5,374 bases of DNA from Chlamydiota bacterium (GTDB lineage Bacteria > Auribacterota > JACPWU01). Numbering within the stretch: position 1 is the first letter of the stretch; every line of letters starts with the position of its first letter. Shown one piece after another: positions 4,977-5,374 of this stretch. Below the pieces are notes generated by a model, which made no database searches, was not told where the DNA came from, and saw nothing but the letters and a program-made list of their open reading frames with translations. Made by a program: the position numbers and the translations under genes. The stretch spans positions 1-5,374 of the forward strand of contig JACPWU010000047.1 in NCBI GenBank assembly GCA_016196885.1. The letters run 5' to 3'.

Positions 4977-4993
4977 GAAAATCTTAGGTACCA
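4977..4993 (+). repeat. Right copy of the 17-bp direct repeat (candidate attR core)
   Basis: GAAaATCTTAGGTAcCA matches 1035-1051 at 15/17 positions. It lies 226 bp downstream of the recombinase stop, beyond the palindrome and the repeat cluster. Confidence 0.3.
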
Positions 4994-5164
4994 TCCAAGA
5001 CGTTATGCGGGGGAGATTCATACAGTTTTCAAGGTTTCCATAAAAAGGAGCGCGTCATAGACATGAGTGGAAATTTGTGAGGATGGTCAATAAAAATTAT
5101 GCTTATCGCTGTATGTGCGGAGCAAGCGGACAATCAGCGGTTCTCCTTGATAAGAAAGTGGCAA

Positions 5165-5374
5165 ATGAGATTTAAGCCCAGAGATGCCGCAATTATCGCC
5201 ATAGTAGTTGCCGTGATAAGTTATTTCATCACGGGTTCATTTTTGGGGAGCATTATCCTTTCTGTTTTAATCCTCTTTCTGATCGGATTTATAGCAAGGA
5301 GTATTTCAGGAAGAAGATCGTCGCAAAAGGGAACCGCCTCCATGAGAGTAGATGTATTCCCTCAAAATGACCGA
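5165..5374 (+). CDS. Membrane protein, 3'-truncated by the window edge
   Basis: The frame is open from 5081 to the window end and is absent from the ORF track because it has no stop. From ATG 5165 it reads MRFKPRDAAIIAIVVAVISYFITGSFLGSIILSVLILFLIGFIARSISGRRSSQKG…, with a positively charged N-terminus and two hydrophobic helices. An alternative in-frame ATG is at 5099. Neither start has a good RBS. Confidence 0.4.
   Translation, partial: MRFKPRDAAIIAIVVAVISYFITGSFLGSIILSVLILFLIGFIARSISGRRSSQKGTASMRVDVFPQNDR

Larger units (their letters stand above)
1035..4993 (+). mobile_element. Putative compact integrative element or mobile module: HGGxSTG protein, non-coding region, Xis-like HTH, ArdC, 83-aa ORF, tyrosine recombinase
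   Basis: The gene content is typical of mobile DNA (tyrosine recombinase, excisionase-like HTH, ArdC). The recombinase sits near one end, followed by recombination-site-like repeats, and a 15/17 direct repeat marks both proposed ends. Boundaries are hypothetical. A plasmid-backbone interpretation is not excluded. Confidence 0.3.

Noticed and set aside
1010-5037. CAGTTTTGGAAACC (1010-1023) versus CAGTTTTCAAGGTTTCC (5021-5037) as outer flank repeats of the element
   Set aside because: Only a 7-mer is shared, plus an inverted 7-mer, at different distances from the 17-bp repeat. This is not distinguishable from chance.
5063-5080. Mini-ORF ATGAGTGGAAATTTGTGA (MSGNL*) downstream of an AGGAG, as a possible leader peptide
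   Set aside because: The AGGAG-to-ATG spacing is 12 nt, which is too long. Five codons with no associated attenuator structure give no support beyond chance.
1-5374. Search for tRNA or tmRNA integration targets, rRNA, CRISPR repeats and IS terminal inverted repeats
   Set aside because: I saw no T-loop (GGTTCGAAT-like) or cloverleaf-compatible segment, no regularly spaced 25-40 bp repeats and no transposase-like ORF. Absence is judged by eye only; a tRNAscan or Infernal run would be decisive.

Overview
All credible genes in this 5,374-nt window lie on the + strand. In order: (1) the 3' part of a small membrane protein whose reading frame is open to the left edge (1..242). (2) A strong terminator-like hairpin (355..388) directly upstream of the RBS of a Cys-rich, zinc-ribbon-like 194-aa ORF (407..991). 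(3) An HGGxSTG-motif protein (about 1122..1841, non-ATG start). (4) A 520-bp ORF-free, structured region (1842..2361). (5) A 56-aa excisionase/HTH_17-like gene missing from the ORF track (2362..2532), with a near-consensus promoter that implies a leaderless mRNA. (6) An ArdC-like antirestriction protein with an intact HExxH motif (2598..3527). (7) An 83-aa unknown ORF (3554..3805). (8) A tyrosine recombinase (3777..4751). (9) About 350 bp of non-coding DNA holding a 28-bp 11-6-11 palindrome and clustered degenerate repeats. (10) The start of another membrane protein running off the right edge. I read 1035..4993 as a compact recombinase-bearing mobile module: either a minimal integrative element or satellite, bracketed by a 15/17 direct repeat, or a piece of plasmid backbone with a multimer-resolution recombinase. 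The window alone cannot tell these apart. I found no tRNA, rRNA or CRISPR array, and no relaxase, replication or packaging gene. All family calls come from motif recognition by eye; no homology search was possible.
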